Shown here: piece by piece, positions 54,016-64,000 of the stretch
How positions within the stretch are numbered: position 1 is the stretch's first letter
Layout of the letters: every line of letters starts with the position of its first letter
Assembly (NCBI GenBank): GCA_963782115.1
Contig: CAWAIK010000003.1
Coordinates: 224,001-288,000 of the forward strand
Direction of reading: 5' to 3'
From: an uncultured Verrucomicrobiae bacterium
Lineage (GTDB): Bacteria > Verrucomicrobiota > Verrucomicrobiia > Chthoniobacterales > JAFAMB01
DNA: 64,000 bases
Program-made: the position numbers and the translations under genes
Notes under the pieces: model-generated
Databases searched by the model: none
Told to the model about the DNA's origin: nothing
Seen by the model: only the letters and a program-made list of their open reading frames with translations

Positions 54016-54319
54016 GGATCGCGAGCAATACGGCCGCGCCTGCCAACCAAAGATTCATGATACAGAGGAGCTTCCGCCGGTTAACCATGTCCGCCAAAGC
54101 CCCGGCCGGCAGAGTAAAGAGGAAGAAGGGCACGGATGCGACGGTTGAGATCAGAGACAGTAACAATGTCGAGGAACCGAGCATGTTCATCGTCCAGGTG
54201 GCTGCCGTGTCCTGGGCCGCTACGCACGTACCGGAAAGCAAAATGGCCAACCAGAGTTTCCGATACACCGGATTCCGCAGTGCCGCGAAAGTCGAGGTTT
54301 TATTGAGATGAACATTCAT
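54016..54319 (-). pseudogene. MFS transporter (transmembrane secretion effector type), N-terminal fragment
   Basis: FAALRNPVYRKLW...PFFLFTLPAGALADMVNRRKLL, then similarity stops. Confidence 0.8.
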
Positions 54320-54927
54320 AAGTGTTGTAGAGGGCGCAACGGAGTATCCGGATCCCCAGCAGAGGCGTTCCGGGATGGCGTGACCTTCTGGGTAGACGGG
54401 CAGGGCTGCAACCGAGAAGATTCAGTTCCGGCATTGTGAAGCTCCCGGTCAATCTCCTCGCGAGCTTTCCTGAACTCATTCATGCTCTGCCCAAGGCTGC
54501 GCGCCAAGTCAGGCAACTTTTTCGCCCCGAAGAGAACAAGAACGATGAGGAGGATGATAAATAGATCCGGGCCAGCTGGATTCCCAATCCATGCAGTCTG
54601 CGTTGGTAAACGAGTGCTGCTAACCTCCCGACCGTTGAGATAATCCAAACGGCCTGCCGTCAAACGGAAGCCTCGCTCGGCAAAATCGTGGACAGGTGGC
54701 GAGAATTTCAGCTTTCCGTCGAACCAGGGTTTGACCGTATGCTGATCGGTCGACGGGACATCGAGAAGATGAGTGGCCAGCAAGGAGTGAACGTGACTGG
54801 AGATCACGTCCTGTGCGAGTGCGTTGCCATGGGAGCGATGAAAAACTCCCCCTTGATTCAGGAAAACCAGCCCGAGTATGACGGCAATCGTTGCTGCCAA
54901 CGCTAACGGAATAGAGAACGAGGGCAT
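54316..54927 (-). pseudogene. Chimeric ORF: anti-sigma factor fragment fused to TatA/E
   Basis: DQHTVKPWFDGKL.FSPPV.D...GF.L..GRLDYL followed by GPDLFIILLIVLVLFGAKKLPDLARSLGQSMNEFRKA. Confidence 0.75.
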
Positions 54928-55407
54928 GACAAATCTGCTGCTGGATCGTTGCTATCCTACGATAAAACATACCGGCTTTCGTTGAAGTTTATTCCCCAAC
55001 CTCGCTTTCGGGTGCGGCAGGAATAATTTGTGATCTCCGTTGGCATGTACCTGATAAGGGGTGCGTTACGGCACGGCCAATCCCAATCAACCAGAGTACA
55101 AACCATTATGGCGGACTTCATCGAAGCGAAAGAGTTCCGAGCTGGAGGAGAGCGGTTGGAATCAACCCCACGGAGCCCCGCATCTAACGATCTTGTGGCA
55201 GTTGAGTAAATCGGGAAACATCCTAACAACAACGTGACGATCGCGAATAATGCAAACTCTATACAATGTACTTACTTAGTTTGTTCACCATTTGATGTGC
55301 AGACCGAGAGGAGAAGACGGCGGAATGTTTTTGACGTACATAATCCTCCTCGAATTCAAAAGAGGACCTAACCGAAAGCGCAAAGTGAATTATGATCAAA
55401 CGTTGTA

Positions 55408-56508
55408 TATGAATCGTTGCGTAAGTGTGAGCAGTTAGTGCCTATCCCAGAACGTAGGAAGTGAATTCCATCTGGAAGAACGAGCGGATGAGATCACTCT
55501 GCTTTTGGATCGAGCGTAAGATGGCAAGCATGCTGCTTTTCAGAGTTGCTTTGCTGTCGATGAATAACTTTGCCAGTCGCCCTTTAGCATGATTCCAGAC
55601 CTGTTCATCTGGATTGAATTCCGGGGCATAGCGCGGAAGATAAGCCAGCGTGACTGCTCCCTGGCTCTTTTCGGCAAAAGCCTGGACCGTCCCAGAGGTG
55701 TGATAGGCAGCGTTATCGGCAATGACGATGATGGGACAACCGGCATCGGCCAGCAACTTCTTCACGAAGGCAATGAACTTGCCAGAGTTCATCTTGTCTT
55801 GGATAACGCTAAAGCGCATGTCTCCACGGGGACTGACTGCGGAGATCAGTTTCAGGGTGAAACGATCTCCGCTGTCTTCGACCACCGGCGTCTGTCCGAT
55901 AGGTGCCCAGGTCCTCCCACGATGGTGATCACTGCGCACCGCCGATTCATCGACGAAGTAAATCTCCGCCCCCGTGCGCTGCGCCAGAGCCCGCAACTCT
56001 GGAAAGGTCTTATTGAGGTAACGCTCCAATTCCTGCGGATCCTGCTTATAGGAACGATAGATTGGCCGCTGCGGGGTCAAGCCCATGTACTGCAGAAGGC
56101 GACAAACCGCACTTTTACTCAATTCCACTCCCTTCTCTTTCTTCAACACTGTTCGAACGATGTTGAGCGTCCACAGACAGAAAACCAACTGAAACTGCCT
56201 TGGATCTCCCAATGTGATAGCCTCATAGAGCCACTGCATTGTTTCGGCACTAACCTTTCTAGGTCGCCCACTGCGTCGACCCTCTTCTAAGGCGTGCCAG
56301 CCTCCAGCACGGTATCTGGCAAGCCAACCAAAGATAGTTCGCTGTGGCACTGCATATACTCTGGCTACCACACTTACTGGTTCACCTCGCATGACAGCCT
56401 CTACTGCATCCTTGCGTTTCTCATACTTAGCTGCTGCCTTTCCTACATCCATGCTCCTGACTAACATAACCTAACGTTATAACGCTAGCACTTTCGCAAT
56501 AATTAATA
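55408..56508 (-). mobile_element. Complete IS630-family insertion sequence
   Basis: Imperfect 20-bp inverted ends (TATGAATCGTTGCGTAAGTG / CACTTTCGCAATAATTAATA, 16 of 20 match) bounded by TA. Confidence 0.88.
55442..56467 (-). CDS. IS630-family transposase
   Basis: HTH, SGRP, FVDES, ADNAAYH and LPRYAPEFNPDEQVW DDE motifs. Confidence 0.93.
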   Translation of the reverse strand: MLVRSMDVGKAAAKYEKRKDAVEAVMRGEPVSVVARVYAVPQRTIFGWLARYRAGGWHALEEGRRSGRPRKVSAETMQWLYEAITLGDPRQFQLVFCLWTLNIVRTVLKKEKGVELSKSAVCRLLQYMGLTPQRPIYRSYKQDPQELERYLNKTFPELRALAQRTGAEIYFVDESAVRSDHHRGRTWAPIGQTPVVEDSGDRFTLKLISAVSPRGDMRFSVIQDKMNSGKFIAFVKKLLADAGCPIIVIADNAAYHTSGTVQAFAEKSQGAVTLAYLPRYAPEFNPDEQVWNHAKGRLAKLFIDSKATLKSSMLAILRSIQKQSDLIRSFFQMEFTSYVLG

Positions 56509-57214
56509 CTTCACATCTTGGAGCACGAAACCCGGAACCGTTCCAGCTGTTGCTTTAGCCTTGGCTATCGCTCCCACTAACAGCAGTAGCTGGCAAAGAC
56601 ACGACCTCACCGAACCTACAAAGCGAGTGACAAAAATACTGTTTACGGAGCCCATGGCAGATACGATGACCGTGGTGACGAAGGACCGCGAGCCCGACTC
56701 CGAGGGAGAGGAGCCCGTCTTTGGTCTACGATTTAGCTGCAATCGACACTCCGCGGGGATTAAACCTTTTCTCTCGTTAAACTGAGAAGGGAGTTATGAA
56801 CTCCAGAATGCTTGCTGGAGTGTTCGACAAAACAAAATGAACGAATCACGCTTAGATGAAGATCTCAAAGCTCTTTTTAAACCTCCGCGGCCGAATCTGC
56901 CGACCGACTTTAATGCAACGGTTTGGTCCAAGGTCCGGAGGCGAGAACTACTGACACCATCCGGTTTACTCGCGAAAAAAACCCTTCCCATCCGCAGTCA
57001 ACCGCGCGAAGTGGGATGATTTAGGGGTCACCTCGCTGCGCCCCGTTCAAGCGATTGAGTTAGGGCTCTGGGAGAGGTCCTATCTCTCGACACTGCTGGA
57101 TATTGCCACGGTTATCTAGCTGACATGGCGCGCATGTCGGTCATGGGAAAGGCGACTCCACTTATGCGCGAACTTTTCAATGAAATACGGTTCGTCCAGG
57201 ATCAAACGCGCGTT

Positions 57215-57407
57215 TCAATTGTTCGGCTTCTCGATGGTGGCGTCGTATTTGCTCTCCAGCACCTTTGTGCCCATCTTGTCGGTCTGGATGCTGCGCGTGG
57301 CGAGCACGCAAGGCCAGCCGAAAGAGACGTTTTTTGACCGGCTGCGTGGCAAGTACGACCTGTTGGCGCACTTCATCATGAAACGACGGCGGCCGGGACC
57401 CGATTAA
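57215..57407 (+). pseudogene. Internal fragment of an RND (AcrB/CusA-like) efflux permease
   Basis: GFSMVASYLLSSTFVPILSVWML...FFDRLRGKY resembles the RND TM6 region. Confidence 0.5.
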
Positions 57408-57499
57408 AAAATGGTAGAGGTCTCGCGCGACGATTCAGGATGTGCTTTTGGGCCCGGCGCCTCTCCGGAGTTAGCGGCTTTGTTCCATTCTTCCGAGGT

Positions 57500-58618
57500 T
57501 CACACCGTGAGCCCACGTTCTACCAACTCGCGCGCTGCGACTGAAGAGTGATCTTCCGCTGACTGAGTTGAAAGCCACTGAACAAGCTCCGATAGTCCGT
57601 GCTCGAGCCCATAGACAGGTTTATACCCAAGAATCTCCCGCGTTTTGGAAATATCGGCAAAACAGTTTCTGATATCGCCAGTCCGATATTTGCCGGTGAT
57701 CTGCGGCTCGATATTCGGCTTGCCCAGTGCTACCGCCAGCTTCTCCGCAACCTCCAGAATCGTTGAAGCCCGGCCACTACCAACATTGAACACATGTCCG
57801 CCGGCGTCCGAAATCGAAAGAGCAAGTCCGCAGGCTCGAACGAGGTCTTTGATGTAAACAAAATCCCGGCGCTGCAGGCCGTCTTCGTTAATTAACGGCG
57901 GCCGGTCATTCAGCAGGCGAGAAGCAAAAATCGCCAGCACTCCAGTGTAGGGATTCGACAGCGACTGTCGTGTTCCGAAGACATTAAAAAAGCGTAGAGC
58001 AGTGCACGGAATACCATACGCAGGAGCCACATTCATACAGAGTCGCTCTTGATAGTATTTCGACAAGGCATAGACGGATGGTAGAGCCGGGATCTTTGTT
58101 TCCGGAGTTGGGATTGCCAGCAACTTTTCCTCGTCATCGCCGTAGAGATCCCATTGGCGCGATCGAAGCTGAGAGGGACTGCGTACGGCGTTCTCGACGG
58201 TTTCACCTGAGCCGGTCTTATACAATCCTTCTCCATAAACGCTCATACTCGAGGCGACGACCAGGCGCTCGACCGGTTGCCGCGCCAACGCTTCAAGGAG
58301 CACCGCTGTCCCGAGGGCGTTCACGTCCGAATAATGATGAATTTGGTACATACTCTGGCCGACGCCGACGGTGGCGGCCAGATGGATCACCGCGGAGACA
58401 CTCTTCACTGCTCGTTGCACCGCGTCTGCGTCACGAATGTCGCCGCGCATGAATTCTGCCGCCCGCGAGAGGTAGGATGGCTGCCGCGCGCGGTCGCCGT
58501 GCACCTGCGGGACTAACATGTCCAGAACGCGAACTCTGTAACCCTGCGCCAGCAGATGATCTGTCAGATGAGAACCAATAAAGCCGGCGCCGCTGGTGAT
58601 CAAAACTGTAGAATTCAT
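57500..58618 (-). CDS. NAD-dependent NDP-sugar epimerase/dehydratase
   Basis: ITSGAGFIGSH, HLAA, ASSMSVYGE, YALSK (YxxxK) and RDFV motifs. Confidence 0.92.
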   Translation of the reverse strand: MNSTVLITSGAGFIGSHLTDHLLAQGYRVRVLDMLVPQVHGDRARQPSYLSRAAEFMRGDIRDADAVQRAVKSVSAVIHLAATVGVGQSMYQIHHYSDVNALGTAVLLEALARQPVERLVVASSMSVYGEGLYKTGSGETVENAVRSPSQLRSRQWDLYGDDEEKLLAIPTPETKIPALPSVYALSKYYQERLCMNVAPAYGIPCTALRFFNVFGTRQSLSNPYTGVLAIFASRLLNDRPPLINEDGLQRRDFVYIKDLVRACGLALSISDAGGHVFNVGSGRASTILEVAEKLAVALGKPNIEPQITGKYRTGDIRNCFADISKTREILGYKPVYGLEHGLSELVQWLSTQSAEDHSSVAARELVERGLTV

Positions 58619-58943
58619 AAATGTGGTGTGGGCTGGTCGAGCCCGGGACGCCTGAGTTCGCAGTTTAGTTGCGCATCGTATGTCAGGGAAACGCCTGAGC
58701 GCTTGCTAAGGCTATATATCGCTGCACGACATGTTTGCCAGCTTAGAAAAACCGTGTTGGCTGGCAGATGTAGATGGAACGGACTGAGCTCCGCGAATCG
58801 CCTAGTTTCCTAGGAGATTTTGTTGGTTTCGCCATTTTACCTGTGAAAAGCGCCATGGAGCGATCAGGTGGCGCCCTGAAAAAACAATCAGGGCGAGTCC
58901 GCAATTTCCATCCTCGGATGCAGTTTTAGCGGGCAGTCCTGGT

Positions 58944-58959
58944 TGGCGCGCACTCTGCT
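58944..58959 (+). promoter_or_regulatory. Possible sigma-54 (-24/-12) promoter upstream of actA
   Basis: TGGCGCG-CACT-CTGCT with correct GG-N10-GC spacing. Confidence 0.3.
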
Positions 58960-59094
58960 CGGCAGCCAGTTAAGGAAGTTTTTGGGTTTCGCCGAGCCAG
59001 CCCGAGATTCTGGTTTGACAGTCGCCAATTGAAATCGCACACAGTTCAATGATGAATGCGAATCTAAAATCGCAGTAATCGGAATTGTTGTTGC

Positions 59095-59751
59095 ATGGCA
59101 CAACTGTTTAAAAACCGTGCGAACGCAATCGCCAGGGTAATCATCTTTGGCTGCCCGGCTTTGTTCCTCACTATTTGCGCAGTCCTGCTCGCTTTCGGAC
59201 GGTCCGATTTTTGGACGCGCGTCGATGACCCACTTAATCAGCCGGTTCCATTCAGCCATAAGCATCATGTGGACGGGCTGGGTATCGACTGTCGTTACTG
59301 TCACACCTCGGTCGAACAATCATCGTTTGCAGGTTTGCCGTCGACGGAAACCTGTATGACATGCCATTCACAGATTTGGAAAGATGCACCGGTATTAGAG
59401 CCGGTGCGTGCCAGTTTCCAAACCGGACGGCCGATTCAGTGGACACGCGTTTATGATCTGCCGGATTATGTCTATTTCGATCATAGTATTCATGTGAATA
59501 AAGGCATCAGCTGCGCGGCTTGCCATGGCCGCGTTGATGAAATGCCGATCACCTGGAAGACGCAGCCACTTTACATGCGATGGTGCCTCGATTGCCATCG
59601 CCATCCGGAAGAAAATCTGCGCCCGCCTCAAGAGGTATTCGATATGCAGTACCAGGCGCCCGAGAACCAATCCACCTTGGGCCGCCAGCTTGCGATTGAA
59701 AACCATGTCCATCAGCAAGGACTGACAGACTGCTACACCTGCCATCGATGA
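59095..59751 (+). CDS. actA: Alternative complex III pentaheme cytochrome c subunit
   Basis: N-terminal TM helix, QPVPFSHKHH and five CxxCH motifs. Confidence 0.93.
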   Translation: MAQLFKNRANAIARVIIFGCPALFLTICAVLLAFGRSDFWTRVDDPLNQPVPFSHKHHVDGLGIDCRYCHTSVEQSSFAGLPSTETCMTCHSQIWKDAPVLEPVRASFQTGRPIQWTRVYDLPDYVYFDHSIHVNKGISCAACHGRVDEMPITWKTQPLYMRWCLDCHRHPEENLRPPQEVFDMQYQAPENQSTLGRQLAIENHVHQQGLTDCYTCHR

Positions 59752-62636
59752 TGAGCCCTAGGCCACAAATCACCGAACCTGGGCATTGGCGTAGTCTCCA
59801 AGAGCTTGCTGGAAGCGAAGAGTTTGAGAACGTTGTGCATCGCGAATTCCAGAGCGGGGCGTCCGAATGGCAAGACCCGCTAAGTCGCCGCAAGTTTTTG
59901 AAGTTGATGAGCGCGTCGATTGCGCTAGCCGGTGTAGGCGCTTGCACGCGGCAGCCGACAGAAAGGATCGTGCCTTACGTTCGTCAACCCGAAGAGCTAA
60001 TTCCAGGCCAGCCGCTTTTTTTTGCCACAGCACTGACGCGCGCTGGCTATGCGCGCGGCGTGCTCGTGGAAACGCATGAAGGCAGGCCAACCAAAATCGA
60101 AGGCAATCCTGAACATCCGGCAAGTCTTGGCGCGAGTGACGTTTTCATGCAGGCAGAAATTCTGGTCCTTTATGATCCGGACCGCTCCCAAGCAGTAGTT
60201 GAAAATGGACAGATCAGTACGTGGGATTCTTTGCTGGGCTATCTTACTGTTCGCACACAGAAATGGAAAACTGATCGCGGCGCCGGGCTTCGTTTGCTGA
60301 CGCGACACGAAACGTCGCTAACTTTTGTCGACCAGATGCAACGTCTGCTGTCGAAGTATCCGGCTGCGAAATGGCATCAGTACGAGCCGGTTGCGGCACA
60401 TGGTTCAAGCGCAACTTATCACCTTGACAAAGCAGAAGTCATTTTCTCGATTGGCGGCGATTTTCTTTCCTGCGGGCCGGCAAACTTGAAATATCAGCGG
60501 GATTTCGCTACGTCGCGGCGTGCCACGAAGCGGCCGGGGTCGATGAACCGCTTGTACGTTGCCGAAAGCGCGCTGAGCCTCACCGGCGCGATGGCCGATC
60601 ATCGCGTCGCGTTAAGCCCGGGTCGGATCGCTCTTCTGGTCCGCGATATCCAGACCAGGCTAGGATCAAACGAAACCACTTCTTCGGTTGAGCAGACGAA
60701 GTTCGTCTCAGCACTCGTTGCTGATCTTCAGCAACACACCGGCAAGAGCCTGGTGATTGCCGGCGAACACGAAACACCCGCAATTCAAGAATTCGCGCGC
60801 TGGTGCAACGAACTTCTCCGAAACGTGAACCAGACAGTAGAATATTCGGCGCCTGAGACGGTGCGTCCGGGCTTGGCGGAGCTTGTGAACGACATCAACG
60901 GCGGGAGCGTTGAAACACTCCTGATCATCGGTGGGAACCCTGTCTACGACGCTCCGGCCGATCTCGAATTTGCGAAGACTTTGGGCAAAGTTCCCACTTC
61001 AATTCATATTGGCCTGTATGCCAACGAAACCGCTGAGCGTTGTCAATGGCACATCCCGGAAGCGCACGCACTAGAGAGTTGGAGTGATGCGTGTGCGTTT
61101 GACGGCACGGCGACAATCATGCAGCCGCTCATCGAGCCGCTTTTCGCTGGAAGATCGCGACATCAATTGCTCGCGGCTCTTCTGGAAGACGCGGTGAGCG
61201 ACAGCTATGATATCGTCCGCGCCTACTGGCAAAAGCAGCTTCCCGCGCCGGATTTCGAGAAGCTCTGGCGCAAATCACTGTATGATGGCGTGGTCGTTGG
61301 TTGGCGGGAGCCATTCAAGGGACCCTCTTCTGGCGGCGCCCAAACATCCGCGCCACCAGCTGAAACATCTGGTCTTAACCTTTTGATTCGCGCAGATCCG
61401 CATATAGGTGACGGCATGTTTGCGAACAACGCCTGGCTGCAGGAACTACCCAAACCGCTGACCAAACTGGTCTGGGACAACGCGGCGCTTATTAGTCCCG
61501 CGACGGCCGAACGATTGCAGTTAGCGAGCGAAGATGTGGTGGAACTTAAATACCGAGGCCGATCCGTCCGGGCGCCGGTCTGGGTTCTTCCCGGTCAAGC
61601 AGACGATTGCGTGACAGTCCATCTCGGCCACGGCCGGACGCGCGCGGGCAGCGTTGGCTCGGGCGTCGGGTTCAATGTGAATGCGCTTCGCACCTCTGAC
61701 GCATTGTGGGGCGGCCCGGGGTTGCAAATAGAAAAAACGGGGCGACGGCATACCCTCGTCACAACGCAGCACCATTACATGATGGAGGACCGCCATCTGG
61801 TTCGGGCAGGCACCATGGCCGAGTTCGAGAAGGATCCTACTTCGATCACGCGAACCGACGAGACGACGCCGGCAAAGCCGGACACGCTCTATGGAAATTA
61901 CCGCTACAAAGACCGTGCCTGGGGCATGGCGATCGACTTGAATACCTGCACCGGTTGCAACGCGTGCACAATCGCTTGTCAGGCGGAAAATAATATTCCA
62001 GTTGTCGGAAAAGAGCAGGTTGCCGCCGGACGCGAGATGCACTGGATTCGGGTTGACCGTTATTTCGCCGGAGGAGCCCAAAATCCGGAAGTGTTTCACC
62101 AACCTGTGCCATGCATGCACTGCGAGAACGCGCCGTGTGAACTCGTCTGCCCGGTCGGAGCGACGGTTCATAGCGAGGAGGGACTGAACCAGATGGTTTA
62201 CAACCGCTGCATCGGCACTCGCTATTGCTCAAACAACTGTCCGTATAAAGTCAGACGTTTTAACTTTCTCGAATACGACGCCAACCGGTTCGAGTCGCCC
62301 ACATTGCTTAAGTTAATGCGTAATCCGGATGTCACCGTGCGAAGTCGTGGAGTGATGGAGAAATGTACCTATTGCGTGCAACGGATCAACGCGGTGAAAA
62401 TTGAAGCCGAGAAAGCAAATCGGCCGATTCGCGACGGCGAAATCACTCCCGCTTGCGCTCAGGCGTGTCCGGCGGAGGCGATTATCTTCGGTGATACCAA
62501 TGACCCGAACAGCCGGGTCGCGAAGTTGAAAGCCTCGCCGCTCAATTACGCGCTACTGCAAGAATTGAACACACGCCCCCGAACTACTTATTTGGCGAAG
62601 CTGCGCAATCCAAACCCAGAAGTAGAAAAAGTGTGA
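59748..62636 (+). CDS. actB: Alternative complex III ActB (Tat-exported molybdopterin-oxidoreductase-like domain plus Fe-S domain)
   Basis: WRSLQEL, SRRKFLK Tat motif, KIEGNPEHP, CTGCNAC, CMHCENAPC, CIGTRYC and EKCTYC. Confidence 0.93.
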   Translation: MMSPRPQITEPGHWRSLQELAGSEEFENVVHREFQSGASEWQDPLSRRKFLKLMSASIALAGVGACTRQPTERIVPYVRQPEELIPGQPLFFATALTRAGYARGVLVETHEGRPTKIEGNPEHPASLGASDVFMQAEILVLYDPDRSQAVVENGQISTWDSLLGYLTVRTQKWKTDRGAGLRLLTRHETSLTFVDQMQRLLSKYPAAKWHQYEPVAAHGSSATYHLDKAEVIFSIGGDFLSCGPANLKYQRDFATSRRATKRPGSMNRLYVAESALSLTGAMADHRVALSPGRIALLVRDIQTRLGSNETTSSVEQTKFVSALVADLQQHTGKSLVIAGEHETPAIQEFARWCNELLRNVNQTVEYSAPETVRPGLAELVNDINGGSVETLLIIGGNPVYDAPADLEFAKTLGKVPTSIHIGLYANETAERCQWHIPEAHALESWSDACAFDGTATIMQPLIEPLFAGRSRHQLLAALLEDAVSDSYDIVRAYWQKQLPAPDFEKLWRKSLYDGVVVGWREPFKGPSSGGAQTSAPPAETSGLNLLIRADPHIGDGMFANNAWLQELPKPLTKLVWDNAALISPATAERLQLASEDVVELKYRGRSVRAPVWVLPGQADDCVTVHLGHGRTRAGSVGSGVGFNVNALRTSDALWGGPGLQIEKTGRRHTLVTTQHHYMMEDRHLVRAGTMAEFEKDPTSITRTDETTPAKPDTLYGNYRYKDRAWGMAIDLNTCTGCNACTIACQAENNIPVVGKEQVAAGREMHWIRVDRYFAGGAQNPEVFHQPVPCMHCENAPCELVCPVGATVHSEEGLNQMVYNRCIGTRYCSNNCPYKVRRFNFLEYDANRFESPTLLKLMRNPDVTVRSRGVMEKCTYCVQRINAVKIEAEKANRPIRDGEITPACAQACPAEAIIFGDTNDPNSRVAKLKASPLNYALLQELNTRPRTTYLAKLRNPNPEVEKV

Positions 62637-63988
62637 GTGTTCCACTCCGAGAGCCAGTCGTAAAGCCGGGATACGACAGCGAGTCGGTCACGCAAAAGAT
62701 CAGTTCGATCGTGCTGGAACGGCCGGTCATGCTCGGCTGGCTTGGCGGATTCGCCATCGCATTTGCCTTGCTTATGATGCTGAACATCGCCATCGGCTGG
62801 CTGTTAATAAAAGGGGTCGGCATCTGGGGAATAAACATCCCGATCGCTTGGGGATTCGCGATCGTGAACTTCGTTTGGTGGATTGGAATTGGTCACGCCG
62901 GAACCTTCATTTCCGCGATTCTGCTTTTGCTGCACCAAGACTGGCGCACCTCCATCAATCGTTTTGCAGAATCGATGACTCTTTTCGCCGTCGCATGTGC
63001 AGGTATGTTTCCTTTGTTACATCTTGGCCGCCCTTGGGTTTTCTACTGGCTTTTGCCATACCCTGACACCATGGGCCTTTGGCCCCAGTGGCGAAGCCCA
63101 CTTGTCTGGGACGTGTTCGCAGTCGGCACGTATCTCACTGTTTCGCTCATCTTCTGGTACGTCGGACTGATCCCTGACCTTGCGACCATGCGCGACCGCG
63201 CGGTTCGCAGGCCAGTGCAATTAATTTACGGGATTATCGCGCTTGGCTGGCGTGGCTCGGCGAGGCACTGGAAGAGATTTCACACGGCTTACCTATTGCT
63301 CGCCGGACTCGCAACCCCGCTGGTGCTCTCGGTGCATAGCGTCGTGTCTCTCGATTTTGCAGTCGCGATCGTTCCCGGCTGGCATTCAACGATCTTCCCT
63401 CCATACTTTGTTGCGGGTGCGATTTTCTCCGGCTTCGCCATGGTGCTGACGCTCGCGGTTCCGATCCGCAAGTTTTACGGTCTGCAAGATTTCATCACGA
63501 CCCGTCATCTTGAAAACTGCGCTAAAATCATGCTGGCCACCGGGCTGATGGTCGCGCATGGCTACATCACTGAAGGCTTCATGTCCTGGTACAGCGACGA
63601 CAAGTTCGATATATATATGAGGCTGAACCGCATGTTCGGCCCATATGCGCATGCCTACTGGCTTCTAGTCCTCTGCAACGTCATCGTCCCACAAGCGATT
63701 TGGTTCAAAAAAATTCGCACGAACCCGGCGATTCTGTTTGTCATCGCGCTATTGGTGAATATCGGGATGTGGACCGAGCGCTACGTTATCGTCATCACAA
63801 GCCTGCACCGTGACTTTCTGCCGTCGTCGTGGGGTATCTTTCATGGGACGCAATGGGATTGGATGACGTTGATTGGATCCTTTGGGCTCTTTCTGTCCCT
63901 GCTCTTTTTATTTCTGCGTGTTTTGCCGGCGATCTCGATCGCGGAAATGCGCACTTTGGTCAGGGAGAAAAAGGAGTCATCGAAATGA
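62633..63988 (+). CDS. actC: Alternative complex III ActC (NrfD/PsrC family quinol-binding membrane subunit)
   Basis: WWIGIGHAGT, RTSINRFAE, HLGRPW, SPLVWDVFA and WHSTIFPPYFVAGA motifs. Confidence 0.94.
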   Translation: MSVPLREPVVKPGYDSESVTQKISSIVLERPVMLGWLGGFAIAFALLMMLNIAIGWLLIKGVGIWGINIPIAWGFAIVNFVWWIGIGHAGTFISAILLLLHQDWRTSINRFAESMTLFAVACAGMFPLLHLGRPWVFYWLLPYPDTMGLWPQWRSPLVWDVFAVGTYLTVSLIFWYVGLIPDLATMRDRAVRRPVQLIYGIIALGWRGSARHWKRFHTAYLLLAGLATPLVLSVHSVVSLDFAVAIVPGWHSTIFPPYFVAGAIFSGFAMVLTLAVPIRKFYGLQDFITTRHLENCAKIMLATGLMVAHGYITEGFMSWYSDDKFDIYMRLNRMFGPYAHAYWLLVLCNVIVPQAIWFKKIRTNPAILFVIALLVNIGMWTERYVIVITSLHRDFLPSSWGIFHGTQWDWMTLIGSFGLFLSLLFLFLRVLPAISIAEMRTLVREKKESSK

Positions 63989-64000
63989 AGGAAAATCTCT
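63985..64000 (+). CDS. Start of the next act gene (probably ActD/DUF3341), cut by the window edge
   Basis: ATGA overlap with the actC stop and AAGGAG RBS; identity inferred from conserved act gene order. Confidence 0.5.

Noticed and set aside
56503..57019. Short ORFs right of IS630 (one resembling an anti-sigma N-terminus)
   Set aside because: Too short and degraded to assign; counted only as island debris

Overview
Bacterial genomic DNA. Gene content and repeat families suggest Verrucomicrobiota, probably a soil Chthoniobacterales/Spartobacteria lineage (inference, not verified). There are three zones. (1) 1-28 kb is mostly intact housekeeping DNA: 3' part of dnaE2, cysK, a GT-C-like membrane protein, class I aldolase, mrp/apbC, DUF4032, pyrR-pyrB-pyrC with a clear PyrR-binding hairpin, an orphan sigma-54 response regulator, uvrA plus a TPR protein, aminotransferase, oxidoreductases, a frameshifted enolase-superfamily dehydratase, an MmcB-like nuclease, gntP and ilvD. 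Octamer tandem repeats and REP-like hairpins lie between the genes. (2) About 28-57.5 kb is a decayed accessory region that starts at an integrase remnant. It is a patchwork of internally deleted or frameshifted genes and IS elements (IS66/TM0106 fusion, IS5-like, ISKra4 mini-element, intact IS701 and IS630). It holds a defence-like cluster: HigBA-type TA pair, YhcG nuclease with a HEPN-like tail, and a Ser/Thr kinase-STAND NTPase-TPR gene. (3) 57.5-64 kb has an NDP-sugar epimerase and the start of an alternative complex III operon (actABC and the start of actD). No rRNA, tRNA or CRISPR array was seen. All family assignments come from motif recognition by eye, not from database searches.
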